Source of the DNA: Squalus acanthias
Lineage: Eukaryota
Length of the DNA stretch: 64,000 nucleotides
Reading direction: 5' to 3'
NCBI GenBank assembly: GCA_030390025.1
Contig: CM059425.1
Span: forward strand, 177,012,001-177,076,000
Every line of letters begins with the position of its first letter. The first letter of the stretch is position 1. Made by a program: the position numbers and the translations under genes. Below, in pieces: positions 24,471-38,609 of the stretch. The notes under the pieces are model-generated. The model worked only from the letters and a program-made list of their open reading frames with translations. It was not told the DNA's origin and made no database searches.

Positions 24471-25612
24471 AGTGAAGAAATACAAATGGGCACAGCATAT
24501 ATAGACAGAGAACACTGCCTGTGCAGAGAACAATGCCAGACGACTACAGTTAATCTTTCTGACTGCCCTTTATCACACCTCGGCAGAGAGACAATCACGG
24601 CAATCAAATCCAACCAGGTCAGTCAGGGAGACATTACATCAAAGACGATAGCAAAATACAAGAAAGACAATGAGGTGGGGTCACAGGGGGTCTAATGTGG
24701 CAGAGGCTGCAGTCTGTATGGAAAACCAAAAACTTTAAACTTTTTACTTTTTTTTACTGGAAATCACATCTGTGAACAAGCCAACGGCGACTCGAGTCTG
24801 GATGACTCTACGTCAGGTGGGGTTACATGTATCGTGACATGAACCCAAGATCCCGGTTGAGGCCGCCCTCATGGGTGCGGAACTTGGCTATCAGTTTCTG
24901 CTCGATGATTTTTCGTTGTCGTGTGTCTCGAAGGCTGCCTTGGAGAAGGCTTACCCGAAGATCCGAGGCTGAATGTCCTTGACTGCTGAAGTTTCCCTGA
25001 CTGGGCGGTAACACTCCTGCCTGGCGATTGTTGCGCGGTGTCCGTTGCAACAATCGCCAGGCAGGAGTGTTACCTCCCAGTCAGGGAACACTTCAGCAGT
25101 CAAGGACATTCAGCCTCGGATCTTCGGGTAAGCGTTCTCCAAGGCGGCCTTCGAGACACACGACAACGAAAAATCATCGAGCAGAAACTGATAGCCAAGT
25201 TCCGCACCCATGAGGACGGCCTCAACCGGGATCTTGGGTTCATGTCACGATACATGTAACCCCACCTGACGTAGAGTCATCCAGACTCGAGTCGCCGTTG
25301 GCTTGTTCACAGATGTGATTTCCAGTAAAAAAAAAGTAAAAAGTTTAAAGTTTTTGGTTTTCCATACAGACTGCAGCCTCTGCCACATTAGACCCCCTGT
25401 GACCCCACCTCATTGTCTTTGTTGTATTTTGCTATCGTCTTTGATGTAATGTCTTCCTGACTGACCTGGTTGGATTTGATTGCCGTGATTGTCTCTCTGC
25501 CGAGGTGTGATAAAGGGCAGTCAGAAAGATTAACTGTAGTCGTCTGGCATTGTTCTCTGCACAGGCAGTGTTCTCTGTCTATATATGCTGTGCCCATTTG
25601 TATTTCTTCACT

Positions 25613-25650
25613 TCACCTGACGAAGGAGCAGCCGCTCCGAAAGCTTGTGA
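25613..25650 (+). ncRNA. Minimal hammerhead ribozyme motif
   Basis: tcac-CTGACGA-a-ggagc(agcc)gctcc-GAA-AGCT-T-gtga. Confidence 0.8.
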
Positions 25651-26639
25651 TTTCAAATAAAAGTGTTGGACTATAACCTGGTGTTGTGCGACTTCTCACT
25701 TTTATCTTCATCTTTGCTTTAATTCAGTATGAACACAAATCCTATATAGAATCAACGTTTATTTCATACACTGGACATATCTAGAAAAATAATTCATTTG
25801 GCTCACAAAATTGATTTAGAAATCACCAAGGAAAACCCCCCATAAAATTAGCATAAATTTATATGTGCCTATTTCTACTGCAATTACAAGTCACAAATGT
25901 ATACAAAGTTTACACCAGTCAGGATAGATTAAATTTTAGTCCTTTAAGTATGAATGCACTTTGCAGCCTTTAAGATACCCTGTGCATTTTCACACAACCT
26001 CTAAAATGATTTTTGTTATAAATAATTTAAATACACTTTGTATGTAAATTTAGGAAATTCACTGAACCAAAATAAAATCTCTCCATTTGCAGCATATTCT
26101 GAAAGAATTGTTTCCTTGGAATTTTATTCTGACACAATGTATATAGCCCCACTAAGCCCAAAGGGTTCAAATAAAGAGAATCATGACCACCTTTCTGCTG
26201 GATCAAGCATAGTCCTCCAATATTCAACTTTTCACTTGTGTAGGACAAAACGTGGAAAGCAATTGCTTACTCTGTACTTCTGTCCCGCAATACTTATTAT
26301 TCCATCACTAAGTTCTTCATTACCTGTTATGCTCTGAAACCACAAGCATGACTCAGAGGTTCTGCCACCAATCTTTCCTTCCTGTCTACAAGGATTCAAC
26401 CAAATCTCCTCTCAACACCCCTCTTTTTTCCTAAAACATCCCATTACTCAGCCAGGATTAGAAATTCCAGGGAAATCAAGGGGGTGAGCCAACTTCCTTT
26501 CATTTGATGCCACAGATGATTAGTTAACCAAAGCATTGCACTACATACAAATGATTCTTCAAGCCCAACTGCCAGCTGAGTTGTGCAAAAGGACATTACC
26601 AGCAGGTCCTACAGAACAGGAAGTAGCAAAAAGAGGACA

Positions 26640-27635
26640 ACAACTTGTATTTATATAGCGCCTTTAACATAGTGAAACGCCCCAAGGTGCTGCACAGGAG
26701 TATTATAAGACAAAAAAACTTGACGCCGAGCCACATAAGTGGAAATTAGGGCTGGTGACCAAAAACTTGGTCAGAGGTAGGTTTTAAGGAGCGTCTTAAA
26801 GGAGGAAAGAGAAGTAGAGAAGCAGAGAGGTTTAGGCAGGGAATTCCAGAGCTTAGGGCCTAGGCAACAGAAGGCACGGCCACCAGTGGTTGAGCGATTA
26901 TAATCAGGGATGCTCAAGAGGGCAGAATTAGAGGAGTGCAGATATCTCGGGGGGGGGGTTGTGGGGCTGGAGGGGATGAGAGAGAAAGGGAGGGTCGAAG
27001 CCATGGAGGGATTTGAAAACAAGGATGAGAATTTTGAAATTCAGGCATTGCTTAACCGGGAGCCAATGTAGGTCAGCGAGCACAGGGGTGATGGGTGAAC
27101 GGGACTTGGTGCGAGTTAGGACACAGGCAGCCGAGTTTTGGATGATCTAAAGTTTACCTAGGGTAGAACATGGGAAGCCAGCCAGGAGTGCGTTGGCATA
27201 GTCAAGTCTAGAGGTAACAAAGGCATGGATGAGGGTTTCCCCAGCGGATGAGCTGAGGCAAGATGTTACGGAGGTGGAAATAGGCGGTCTTAGTTATGCC
27301 GTGGATATGTGGTCGGTAGCTCATTTCAAGGTCAAATATGACACCAAGGTTGCGAACAGTGTGGTTCAGCCTCTTCAGATGCTAGGGAGAGGGATGGAGT
27401 TGGTGGCTAGGAAACTGAGTTTGTGGCGGGGACCGAAAACAATGGCTTCGGTCTTCCCAATATTTAATTGGAGAAAATTTCTGCTCATCCAGAAATGGTT
27501 GTCGAACAAGCAGTCTGACAATTGAGACACCGTGGAGGGGTCGAGAGACGTGGTGGCGAGGTAGAACTGGGTGCCGTCAGCGTACATCTAGAAACTGACC
27601 CTGTGTTTTCAGATGATATCACCAAGAGGCAGCAC
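26640..27635 (-). mobile_element. L2 LINE 3' fragment
   Basis: MYADGTQFYL, WMSRNFLQLNIGKTE and GGRAF..GPKLWNSLP motifs; L2 tail GGCGCTATATAAATACAAGTTGTTG. A second 3' piece lies at ~55940-56145 (-). Confidence 0.9.
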
Positions 27636-28380
27636 ATTAGTGCACAGATAGTGCACATTAACTTTTAAAGGACATTCCTCACATCCCCTTTAGAAGGGCA
27701 ACTTACATGACCAATCTGCAACTGCATAAAATCTTACTCCAGGTTTCCTTAGCAGCCAAGTATCATTCCTTAGATCATACACTGTGACCTAGCCATTGTA
27801 AATTATAACATATTATACAGATGGACTGTTAAATATGGTCTTTTTTGGTTTTCACCATGGAACTATAATGATAGGACTTGTAAATTGAGATCTAGGCTTT
27901 GAAAGGTCATCAGTGTTGTTCCATAAGCTATCAAGAAGCACATCTAGAGAGAAAGGTCTCTGCAGCTTCAATGCTTCCCAAAATTCAATGCTTCTTGTCA
28001 GATACGAAATCAAGCAAGGCTCAGCCAAAGATCCTTAGTGCTAACAATACCAACTCTGTAAATAGACAATGGGGTCAATTTAGCCTCAGATATATTGCTT
28101 CCTTTACTGTACTTACTTTTACTTAATGCATACTTCCAGACAGCCCTAGCCTTGTGGAGTATTGGGGACATAAGAGCTACATTTTGTTGTCACAGGGATT
28201 GGTATGCCAATATAGCACACTAATGCAACTGTTTTTAAATCACTCCAATTACATCAAACAATGAAGGAAGAAATATGTATAAATTCTGTTTACTTCATGA
28301 GATTGATATTATTTAGCAACATAATAGGAAAACAAACATACTTATAAAAATATTTTTTCTACTATACAAATGATGCTTAC

Positions 28381-28426
28381 CATGCGATTCCAGTCCAGCT
28401 CCCTGGGCAAGCCCATTGTCATATGA
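28381..28426 (-). CDS. PGGT1B: PGGT1B coding exon (exon 6 equivalent), 46 bp
   Basis: SYDNGLAQGAGLESH(G); CAG acceptor with pyrimidine tract, GTAAGC donor. Too short for the ORF track; read manually. Confidence 0.95.
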
Positions 28427-31408
28427 CTGAGGAGAAGAAAATACATTAAAAAATATATTTCCCAAGTAGAAAAGCACAGCAACATGCACCTACTAATAGC
28501 GTTATAATCTTAGAATCTCAGTCAGTAATATTTTCAACGGTAGAACATAGAAACAGAGAAGATTATGCCAATTATCTATCAGTATTGAAAATGTTGAGTA
28601 AGTTTTCTTGTCGGCTTGAGTATTGACTTCTTCAAAATTGTTTACTCTGTGGGAATCTCTCTTCTGGTGATTGGGGTGGTTTGTAGGACTACGTGACCTA
28701 TGCCTCTGATTGGCTGCTTACAGACAAATTCAACTGCCCTCTATCTGTATTCTTGCATCTCCAAGTTCAACCCCCGACTTACCTCTCACCCACCCACTTT
28801 GCTAGGTTGGTATGCGCAATGTTTGGTTTCCATTGATCAGAAATTTAAACAATTTGAAGTGAGACAGTGGATGCTTGGTGATTGAGAGCTTGGGACATGT
28901 ACTGGCAGCCATTCCTTGGCCATGATGACAGAGAGAAAGAGAGACCGAGACAAGAGACCAAAACACCAGGGCAATTTTATTTTTAAACTTCGTAAAAGCA
29001 CTATTAAGATACTTCAAATGAGGACTCCACAAAAACAGGTCAATGGTGCTTGCCAAAAACAGAATAACTATGGCCACACCGTTTTCAGGAGGAAGTGTCT
29101 AGTGTGTCTGGAGTACCTTATAAGCTAATCTTTAACAAATGATTATCATGTGTTAATGCTTATAATATTGGTTTCATAACAGTTTACTGCACACAAGTAG
29201 AGAAAATGCTTTGTAGAGAAGGTCTAATTTATACAGGAGAAAAGCACTACTGAATAAATTGAATTTTATACATGCCTTTGCTGTGATGCTTTTTTGGCTG
29301 TGCTTTCAAAGGAATGAGTTGCAATGTGAACTTAAAGGCTTAAGTGGCACTGTAAATATAGATGTATATTTACCATACATACTTGTGTATAAAGTAGCCC
29401 CCTAAAATTCTGCAAATAAAATGAGGGCCAACACTGCCAAGCTATGATTGAAATTCTTCTCTTCACGTTGACAGACATCCACAAATACATTTTCTGTTCA
29501 ATTCAGTCAGTACATTTGTATGTTATGTTGTTCCAGTTCTCCAGTGTGGTGATATTTAAATGATAATTTTTCCTCCCCATTCCCACTTCAGCCAATTTTA
29601 ATTCACATCGGTCTGTATCTTGCTCGGTTGTGCGTTATTTTAAATCAGCAGTGACACTGTAGTGAAGTTGCGAGGGAAAGTTACCATTAAAGTATTGCAG
29701 AGCTGGAAGAAAGAAACAACAGCTGACCAATGCTGCTGTTGGGTCCCATTATCTTTGACAAAATCGCTTTGCAAGGGAAGAAACCAGAGGGAGGATATAA
29801 TATAAATTTCTAGGTTTTCTATGCAAGCATATAATGACCAGTGTAAAAATGTTAGGTTGGTGGGGTTATGCGACTTCACTGGAGTAGAGGGGAAGAGAAT
29901 AGTCACGGAAATCATACTAACTGACTTTCATGCACATTTTAGCAGCATGTTGCTGAGATGTAAGCAGAGCCATTAATTTATAGTGACTGAATTAAGTCAT
30001 ACTGAATTTTTGAAATTCTGGAGATTTTTATTGGTGTTCTGTGATCCGTCTGTTTATTAGGTCCATTTGTTTACTTTGACTTAAGTCCAATTTCATTTTC
30101 ATTGCCAATTGGATTATGGTATTTCACTGTGCAGAGGAGCCTATTCTAGGCTTCTGTCCATTTTTGTGTGAACATAGCCCATTTTGCTCACCCACAGTAA
30201 GATCAATGGGCAAACTGACCAGAAAAAGCAGAGGCAAAGAACTTAAAATAGAATTGCTGATATTTGACCTCTTAAGGGGGAAGGAGAGTCTGGTGGGAAT
30301 AGTTTCTGTTTAAAATACTCTTTCCCAATGTAGACCTGCCCCTTTAAGGCTGGTCACATCCTCAGTTACTCTGTGGTTTTATCTATTTAAATGCGGGCCA
30401 GCAGTGCAGAATAGTCAGAGAGCTGATCTGGAGTCAAATACAGCCCACAAATCCTCTTTACACAGACAGTTGAGGCTGTGGAATTCATTCCAGGATTAGT
30501 GGTTGAGGGAGAAACTAAGTAAACATTCAAAATTAGATTGGATAGGTGGATGAAGGAAAAGGGGTTGAAGGGTAATGGGAACAGGATAGGTAAATATGAT
30601 TAGAACTATTTGTATGTGTGGTGTGTAAACCCCGACACAGGCCGAATGGTCCGTTTCCTTGTTGTAACTTCCATGTATAAAAGGACAGAATTGTGGGAGC
30701 GGTTGAAAAAGAGAGACATTCACAGGAGAGAGAGGAGGGGCTTACATAAAGAGGGAGAAAGAGTCTATGATTAAAGCCAATGAGAAAAAGAGCCATACAG
30801 AAAAAGATGAAGACAAACAAGGAGAGAAAGGAGGCACAAAGAATTGGAGTACGAAACAAGCAGAAATGCAGTTAGAGGCACCAAAGCACAAGTTTTTTTT
30901 CTTCTCATCCATGAGCAATGTCACAGAAGATTAATTACTGATAATTAAGTATTCAGGTAAATTATATCTCACAAAGGGTAATGCTTCCTGGTTAAGTGTG
31001 TACGTCACAGTCTTGCATGTTAGTGTGTTGAAACAATCTACAGCTCCTTTATATTTTTTAGGAAATACTCATTAGCTGCCCAGTTAAATACACCTCACTC
31101 ACAGGGGAACTGTGGGTTTCAATGACATTCTGTTGAACCCATGGAAGAACTGGCTCCACTTTTAAAACCTTGTGGGAATAACCAATATAAAATTTATTTT
31201 GGCACCTGATTACATAAGTCAAATTCTGTCTGATGATCATCTAATATTAGGACTACAATTTGACCTTCTGCCTACTGTGTTATAAGTGCCCTAGCGCGTA
31301 CCTCTTAACTGAAGCCAAAGAACTACCCGTTAGCATAATGTGGACTCATTCTTTCAACATGAAACATGCTGTACTCACTTTGTCTAAATGAATAAGCTTT
31401 CCACAATA

Positions 31409-31741
31409 CAGGAAACTTTCGTTTATCCGGCACCGACGGGACCGGCGTGGTGCCGGTTGATCGAAAGTGCCGGATTACAGAGAGGTATACTTACCAAGGT
31501 ACGAGAGCCCCGTACACGGCCACAGGCTGAACAATTGGGACCCGGAGAGGGAAGGTAAACGAGACTCCGGCTTTTTCCTCCGTGGCGGCGACAGGTCGGA
31601 GTCGGAAGAACGTTGACCCCCCCTTTCGTGGGGGCGAAAGGTCAGAATCGGGGTCTTGTCTGTATAATAAAACTTACCTGATTTTTGCCGGTTAAGCGAG
31701 AATTCCGGATATTAGGGTGCCGGATAAACGAAAGTTTCCTG
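31409..31741. mobile_element. TA-flanked MITE of the same family, opposite orientation, in intron 5
   Basis: Perfect 26-bp TIR CAGGAAACTTTCGTTTATCCGGCACC with TA TSDs; subterminal regions are the reverse complement of those at 18888-19281. Confidence 0.9.
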
Positions 31742-32970
31742 TACATTGACAGTCCCCATTTTTCAACCAAAGTAGAATACCTACATCAGATTAGTTTAAA
31801 TTGTGCACTCTGCAATAGATCCTGTCTCACATCCCATTCTTCATTAGCTCCTTTCTGTATGGTTGGTTGGTCCCCAGCTGCATTATAAATGCTCATGGTA
31901 GACTGCCATAGTATGACCACTTGGTAATTCTTTTGTGGGATATACTCCCTTGTAGTAGCATAGTGCTTTCTGCCATCCCTCCACCATCCAAGCCATTAAA
32001 CATTAAAAGATCTTTCATTTACAAGGTGATTTTCACATCCTCAGGATGTCCCAATGCTCATTCACAGTCAATGAATTAGTCTTGAAGCGCAGTTATTGTT
32101 TTATAGTCAAAAGTGGCTGCCAAATTGCTCACAGTACGGCTCCACAAACAGCAACGAGACAAATAACCAGTTAATCTGTTTTGGTGGTGTTGGTTGAGGG
32201 ATGAACGTTGGTAGGACACTGCGAGAGTCCTCTGCACTTCTTTGAATAATGCCACGAGTCTTTTATGTCCATATGAAGAGGCCGATGGAGCTTTGGATTA
32301 ACGTCACATCTGAAAGACGGTACCTCCAACAATGCATCATTCCCTCAGTCTATGTGTTCAAATCCCTGGCTTGAATCCACAACCTCTCAGCCTCATCAAT
32401 TTTCAACAGAAGCTTCATTACAGCTTCAATTCAGGTAACAAATGGGACCTTGAATAATTCCATGTCGGTGTTTTTCAAATTTTTTTTGTGGGGAATCACC
32501 TGCAAATATTGACACACTCCTGGACAATTCCCATTTTGACACAAGAAAATGTCAGCTATCCAAAGGAAAACATTTCAGAAAATATTAGTATAAAGAAACA
32601 GAAAAAACATGCTCATAAGTCAAAGACAGAATTCAGATGACCTTCCAAACTACCTAGAGTCCAGGATTACGGTTTAGAAACTAGACTGTTCCTTCTCTGC
32701 TCCCAATCTCCACCTAACCTGCTGCTATTTCACAACCAAAAAACACAAGCAATCCAAAGCTTTCCTGGAACCAGATCAGAAAACCTTGAACTCTGCCTTC
32801 AGCCTTCCTAAAACCAGTCCAACTACACCTCAAAACAAGAGTGAATATTTCCCTTTACCAACTCAACATTGTACGACACTATGGAATAGCTGTCCACAAC
32901 ACTAAGCATGCTCTCATATACCTGTACAGAGTAAATTGTCAAAATTCAACATAGCGTATATAAAATAATA

Positions 32971-33674
32971 GCCCAGAATTTGCTGGGAAAATAATGGCGA
33001 GTTCACGGCACCCACCATTAGTCCCCAAAAAACCCAGCAATTTGTGGCGAATCGCCACAAATTACTGGACGATTTGCGCCACTCCGCCGTTAGCCTCGTA
33101 AAAACGAGCTCGCCGTCAACCTCCCCACAAGTGACAAGAAATTTCTGCATTTGCACCATAAATATGAATTAAACTCACCACAGACGGTTAGGAATGTTTT
33201 TCACGGCGCAAGGACCCTGTTAATGGGGTGATTAATGGTCCTGACCTCGGAGACCCAGAATAGGAAGTGAAACTGTGGAGTCTCATTCCTGCAGGTGGTA
33301 AATTGTTCCTAGAGTTTTTAAATTTTTTTTTACATCTTTTATCTTACTTTTCCTGTTTTTCTTTCCTCTCTCAATCCAATCTTTCTTTCCCTATCTCTAT
33401 TTCTCTCTGTATTTAATTTAGCTCTAATTCACCCCATTTCCTCCTCCGTCGTTTACGCAATTTCTTTCTCTATCCTTACATTTCATTGGTTAAGGAGATA
33501 GACTGCTGGCCCCATCGTTCATCAAGAACCCAGATGCCCCATTGATTGCCGCGCCGTTATCAACTCACACTTCCAGCAATTTGTAGCACAAAAATAATTT
33601 GAGCTGAAGTGGGAGGAAAAAAATCCAACTCATGGCGCACGCTGCGAGACACTCCGCTCCAGCAAACTCTGGGC
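32971..33674. mobile_element. Non-autonomous DNA transposon (Harbinger-like MITE)
   Basis: 16-bp TIR GCCCAGAATTTGCTGG / CCAGCAAACTCTGGGC with one mismatch; related sequence at ~12361-12650 and ~56380-57240. Superfamily assignment is tentative. Confidence 0.6.
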
Positions 33675-35959
33675 CACTGTATTAGAGTCCACTAAATAAC
33701 AGAAATATTTGTTCGCGAGAACGTGGTCTATATTTTTTTTAATGTTTTATTTCTATTATTTACATATGTGCAATAGAAGCAGAAATTGTTGCAACAAATA
33801 TACTGGTCTCTCTCAATAGCTTGGTACATAAACATACTATGTGATGTGCTACTGAGCCATACAGACTTGGAAAGTCTGATTTGATCCATGATCTGTACTA
33901 TTAGCTGATCTCAGGTTGGAGCAGAGTCACTTCAATTAGCTTCATTGCCCCAGTTTCATGAGGGGGTAAAATTCATCCAGGATTCCCACTACTGATCACT
34001 ACCCAGTGACCCCTGCTTGAAAATGTGCAGGTGACAACATGATTAGGTCAACTCGTCTGACACATTACTCACTGTCTGGAGCTGTACATGCAGAATGCCA
34101 CTGAAATAAGGTACCAGAAGGCTGCCTCCATTTGTGAAACTTTACTCAAGGTATGCACTGATTTTACAAGGAAGGAAAAGGGAAAAGATGAATGAAATAT
34201 ATTTGCATGTGTTTTATTACTAAAGCAGAAGGGGACTGGAATGCTTAGATTAAATATGCACTGCACTATATTATGCCTGCTTTGGCTGTCTTGAGAACAA
34301 GCCCATTTGTTAATTAATGCATTCAGCTTCTTGTTCACTTAAGTTCTTTATTGCGTAGTCATTTATATTCGATTAATTGAGCTGGCTGTTGTGAATTGTG
34401 AAGCTTTTCTCCTCTTCATTTAACTAAATAGCACGACTGAACTCTCAACAAACATCATCAAAACTGGAGGGATTCCTTTAAGCTCAGCAGGAACTTTAAC
34501 AGCACTCTGAGAACAGTAGCTTTGAAATATCAAAAAAAATATTGGTAGTCCCTATTTTTGTCCAATCTCAAACTTTTTGGATTGGACCACTCCCCACCCC
34601 AAAATAGTCACAGTTCACTTACATCATTAATACAGGTGGTCTCAATATACTATGATTAAATCCTCACATTGCTGGGATAAACATGTACTTAAAAAGAGAC
34701 ACACTGACCTGAAATTTGAGATAACTGAAAAGAAATAGGGTTAGGTTTCAGCTTTCATTAATCTTGCAGTAAGGAATGTGCAATGTAAAATATATTTTAC
34801 TAACGCATTTAAGACTAAACATTAACAAACGAGGCTTCTATGGAGTCATTGCACACTTTTGGTCCAATGACATATGAGTAAAAAAAAATCAATTCATCAA
34901 TCCTACATTTGCAATGGTAATCTGCTTTAAAAGCAAGAGACTTAAGGAACAGTGGTTTTTAAACTTTTCTGTGTGGAGACCCAGCCAATACCGAACATAT
35001 TCCTGGAGAACCCCTGTTCTAACTTACAAAAGAAAAGCAACGGAAAACAGTGCTATCATAGCAGAAGACATTTTACTTAGTATACAGCAAAGTAATACTG
35101 TTCTAGTAAGTCAAATAATTCAGAAAAATGCAGCCCGATGAAACTGGCAAAAGTCTCAAGATCTCACGGGCATTGTGTCCAGGAATGAGAGTTGCAGAAG
35201 TGAGATTTCTCAATCTCATACCAAGAATGTTGTAAAACACAGCCCCCCTACAATATTCATTTCAATGCAGAAATAGCTGACCACTGCAATCCATTTAGAA
35301 AGGGGTAGGCCAAAAAGACAGGCTAGACAGATTCCAAATAAAGGGAATGGGATGAGGAATCTTGCAAAGAGCTATGGTAACATCTGGAGGAGGCCAAAAT
35401 GACTGAAATTGAACTTGCACTGCACAAGCTAGTTACACACACCCAAAACCCAGAAAACTGCCTGAATGTGGAATTGTGATGTGATTTTCACTAAAATAGC
35501 TATAAAAAATGTAATGTAAATTTCTTGGCATAATTTATTGGGATTTTTATAAAAGGTAGCTACATGTAAACTAGAAACAAATAATTTAGGTGGAATAGAT
35601 TAAAATCTATCACTAAATCTCCCAGTTATCAGCTGGAGTTTGAACTAAGCAAGGGAAACGTGAGTCAGTGCTAAAAGCAGAATTAACAAATCAGAACAGA
35701 AAGTATACTCTGAACTATGAATGTAATAGAAAAGAAAAAAGACTTGCATTTATAAAGCACCTTTCACGACCACCGGGCGTCCCAAAGCGCTTTACAACTA
35801 ATGAAGTACTTTTTGAAGAGTAGTCACTGTTGTAATGTAGAATTGAGCATAGTGACTACTCCACCCCACACCAAAAAGACAACCCATTAACAAATGTATT
35901 GGAACAGAAGTTTGAAACAGAAATGATTTCAAAACGCAAAACAGTAAATTATTCAAAAC

Positions 35960-38290
35960 CCCGTAATATTAGGGCAGAATATATAGCCTCCTTGGCTGAC
36001 TCGAACAGTGACATGTTGTGGCAATAATGGAAATGTGGCTTGAAAACGGTGAGGACTGGGCACTTAATATTCAAGGGTACAAAATGTTCAGAAAAGATAG
36101 GGAAGAAAAAAAAGGGAGGTGGGGTGGCAGTGCTGATTAAGGAAGACATTGTAGTGTTGGAAAGGGAAGATGTTCTTGAGTGGACAAGGACAGAATCCAT
36201 TTGGTTAGAGTTGAAGAGTAAAAAGGGTATGATCACGCTATTGGGGGTAGTCTCTTGGCCTCCAAATAGTGAGAGGGAGGTAGAGGAGCAAATCTGCAGG
36301 GAAATCGCAGAGATATGCAAGAGCTATAGAGTGGTGATATTGGGGGACTTTAATTACCCAAATATTGATCGGGATAATGCTAGGGTAAAGGGAAAGGAGG
36401 GGGAGGCTAATGCTAGGGTAAAGGGAAAGGAGGGGGAGGAATTTCTGAAATGTGTTCAGGAGAATTTCCTTGACCAAGATGTTCTTGGCCCAACTAGGAA
36501 GGAGGCATTGTTGGATTTGGTGCTGGGGAATGAGGTGGGCCAGGTCGACCAAGTGTCTGTGGGAGAACACTTGGGTACAAGTGATCATTGTATCATAAGA
36601 TTTAGATTAGCAATGGAGAGGAACAAGGAAGAATCTAGAGTGGAACTTCTAAACTGGAATAGGGCTAACTTCAATGGGATGCAAAAGGATCTAGCCAAGG
36701 TAAAATGGAACCAAAGACTGACAGGAAAAACTGTAACAGAACAATGGGTGATCTTTAAAGAGGAGATGTTCCAAGTACAGGCTAGGTACATTCCAACAAG
36801 AGGGAAGGGTAAGGGAACCAAAGCAAGGGCTCCTTGGATGACAAGGGAGATAGAGAAGATGATGAAACAAAAAAAAGGTGTATGATGCATGTCAGGTGAA
36901 TTCTTCAAGGGAGAACCAGGCCAAATACAATAAGTTGAGAGGGGAAGTAAAGATGAAAATAAGATTGGCAAAGAGAGAATGAGAGTAGAATGGCGGTTAA
37001 CATAAAAGGGAACCCAAAAATCTTCTACCGGCATGTAAATAGTAAGCGGGTAGTAAGAGGCGGGGTGGGGCAATACTAGGGACAAAGATGGTGATATATG
37101 CTTAGAGGTGCAGGGCAAGGCTAGAATACTCATTGAGTACTTTGTATCGGTGTTTACTAAGAAGGTGGATGCTGACAAAATATCGGTAGAAGTGGAAAAG
37201 GTAGAAGCAGTGAAAATTGATAGACAGGATGTACTAGAAAGGCTGGGTATGCTTAGAGTGGATAAGTCACCTGGTCCAGATGGCTTGCATCCCAGGTTGC
37301 TAAGGGAATTGGGGGAGGAGACAGCGGAAGTGCTTGCCATAATTTTCCAATCTTCCCTAGATGCGGGGGAGGTGCCCGAGGATTGGAAAGCGGCAAATGT
37401 GGCACCATTGTTCAAGAAAGGGTGCAAGGACAATCCTAGTAACTACAGGCTGGTCAGTTTAACATCAGTGGTGGGTAAAGTTTTAGAAACAATAATCAAA
37501 GAAAAAATTAACAGGCACTTGGAGAGGTTAAAGCTAATTAAGGAGAACCAACATGGATTTGTAAAAGGCAGATAGTGTTTGACTAATCTAATTGAATTTT
37601 TTGATGAAGTAACGGAGGATTGATGAAGGGAATGCAATGGATGTTGTCTACATGGATTTTAGGAAGGCGTTTGACAAAGTACCACATAGAAGGCTGGTTA
37701 ACAAAATTGGGGCTCATGGAATAGGTGGGTCAGTGGCACAAACAGCTGGTTTTGGCCACAACTGGAGTATTGAGTCCAGTTCTTGTCACCATACTTTAGG
37801 AAGGATGTGAAGGCCCTTGAGAGGGTGTAGAGGAGATTTATCAGAATGGTTCCGGGGATGGGGGAGCTTAGCTACAAGGACAGGTTGGAGAAGCTGGATT
37901 TGTTTTCATTAGAGCAGAGGAGGTTGAGAGGTGATTTGATAGAGGTGTACAAGATTATGACGGGTTTGGATAGGCTAGACGTGGAAAGGCTGTTCCCACT
38001 AGTTGATGGTACAAGGATTGGGGGACACAGATTTAAGGTTTTGGGCAAGAGATACAGGGGGATGTGAGGAAAAACTTTTTTACGCAGCGAGTGGTGTGGA
38101 CCTGGAACTCGCTGCCGACGGAAGTGGTGGAAGCGGAGACACTCAATGTTTTCAAGGGGAGACTGGATAGGCACTTGAGGGAAATAAACTTGCAGAGCTA
38201 CAGGGATAGAGCGGGGGAATGGGACTGACTGGATTGCTCTACAGAGGATGGGTCAAATGGCCTCCTTCTGTGCCGTTATGACTCTTTGAC
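35960..38290 (+). mobile_element. CR1-like LINE ORF2 (APE-RT), decayed, with an internal deletion near 37740
   Basis: APE motifs in 36040-36885 (with a 33-bp in-frame tandem duplication); KSPGPDGLHPRLL, NYRLVSLTSVVGK and QHGF motifs; jumps to the C-terminus and 3' tail. Confidence 0.92.
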
Positions 38291-38609
38291 ACCACAGGAA
38301 TTGGAGCAGCTTATCACAGCACTGTTGTTGAAAAACATGCCATTATTGTTATAAAATAAATACTTGCTCTCAGCAGCGCAGATTCATAGTTGAACTGAAG
38401 CTTCTGTCTCAATACGATACTTGCTTGTGCTGTTACAACAGATGCTGATATTGCATTGTGCAGCTGATCCGTTGAACTGCTAAAGAACTAAGAGGACACA
38501 CACCTTAGATAAACCTACACTAAGCACAGATGTATAGTGAACGTGCATGAAAACACACTAGCAACAAAATACAATTCTAAATCAATAAGCGCAATGTGTG
38601 ACTTGATAT

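Larger units (their letters stand above)
24349..25703 (-). mobile_element. Penelope-like element with ~655-bp inverted arms in PGGT1B intron 6
   Basis: Arms 24381-25034 and 25047-25703; each encodes a GIY-YIG C-terminus (HFSSQGHS...RKIIEQKLIAKFRTHEDGLN); TSD ATCTTCATCTTTG (24336-24348 and 25704-25716). Confidence 0.92.

Noticed and set aside
36585..37433. 282-aa minus-strand ORF
   Set aside because: Antisense shadow of CR1 ORF2 with no independent protein motifs.
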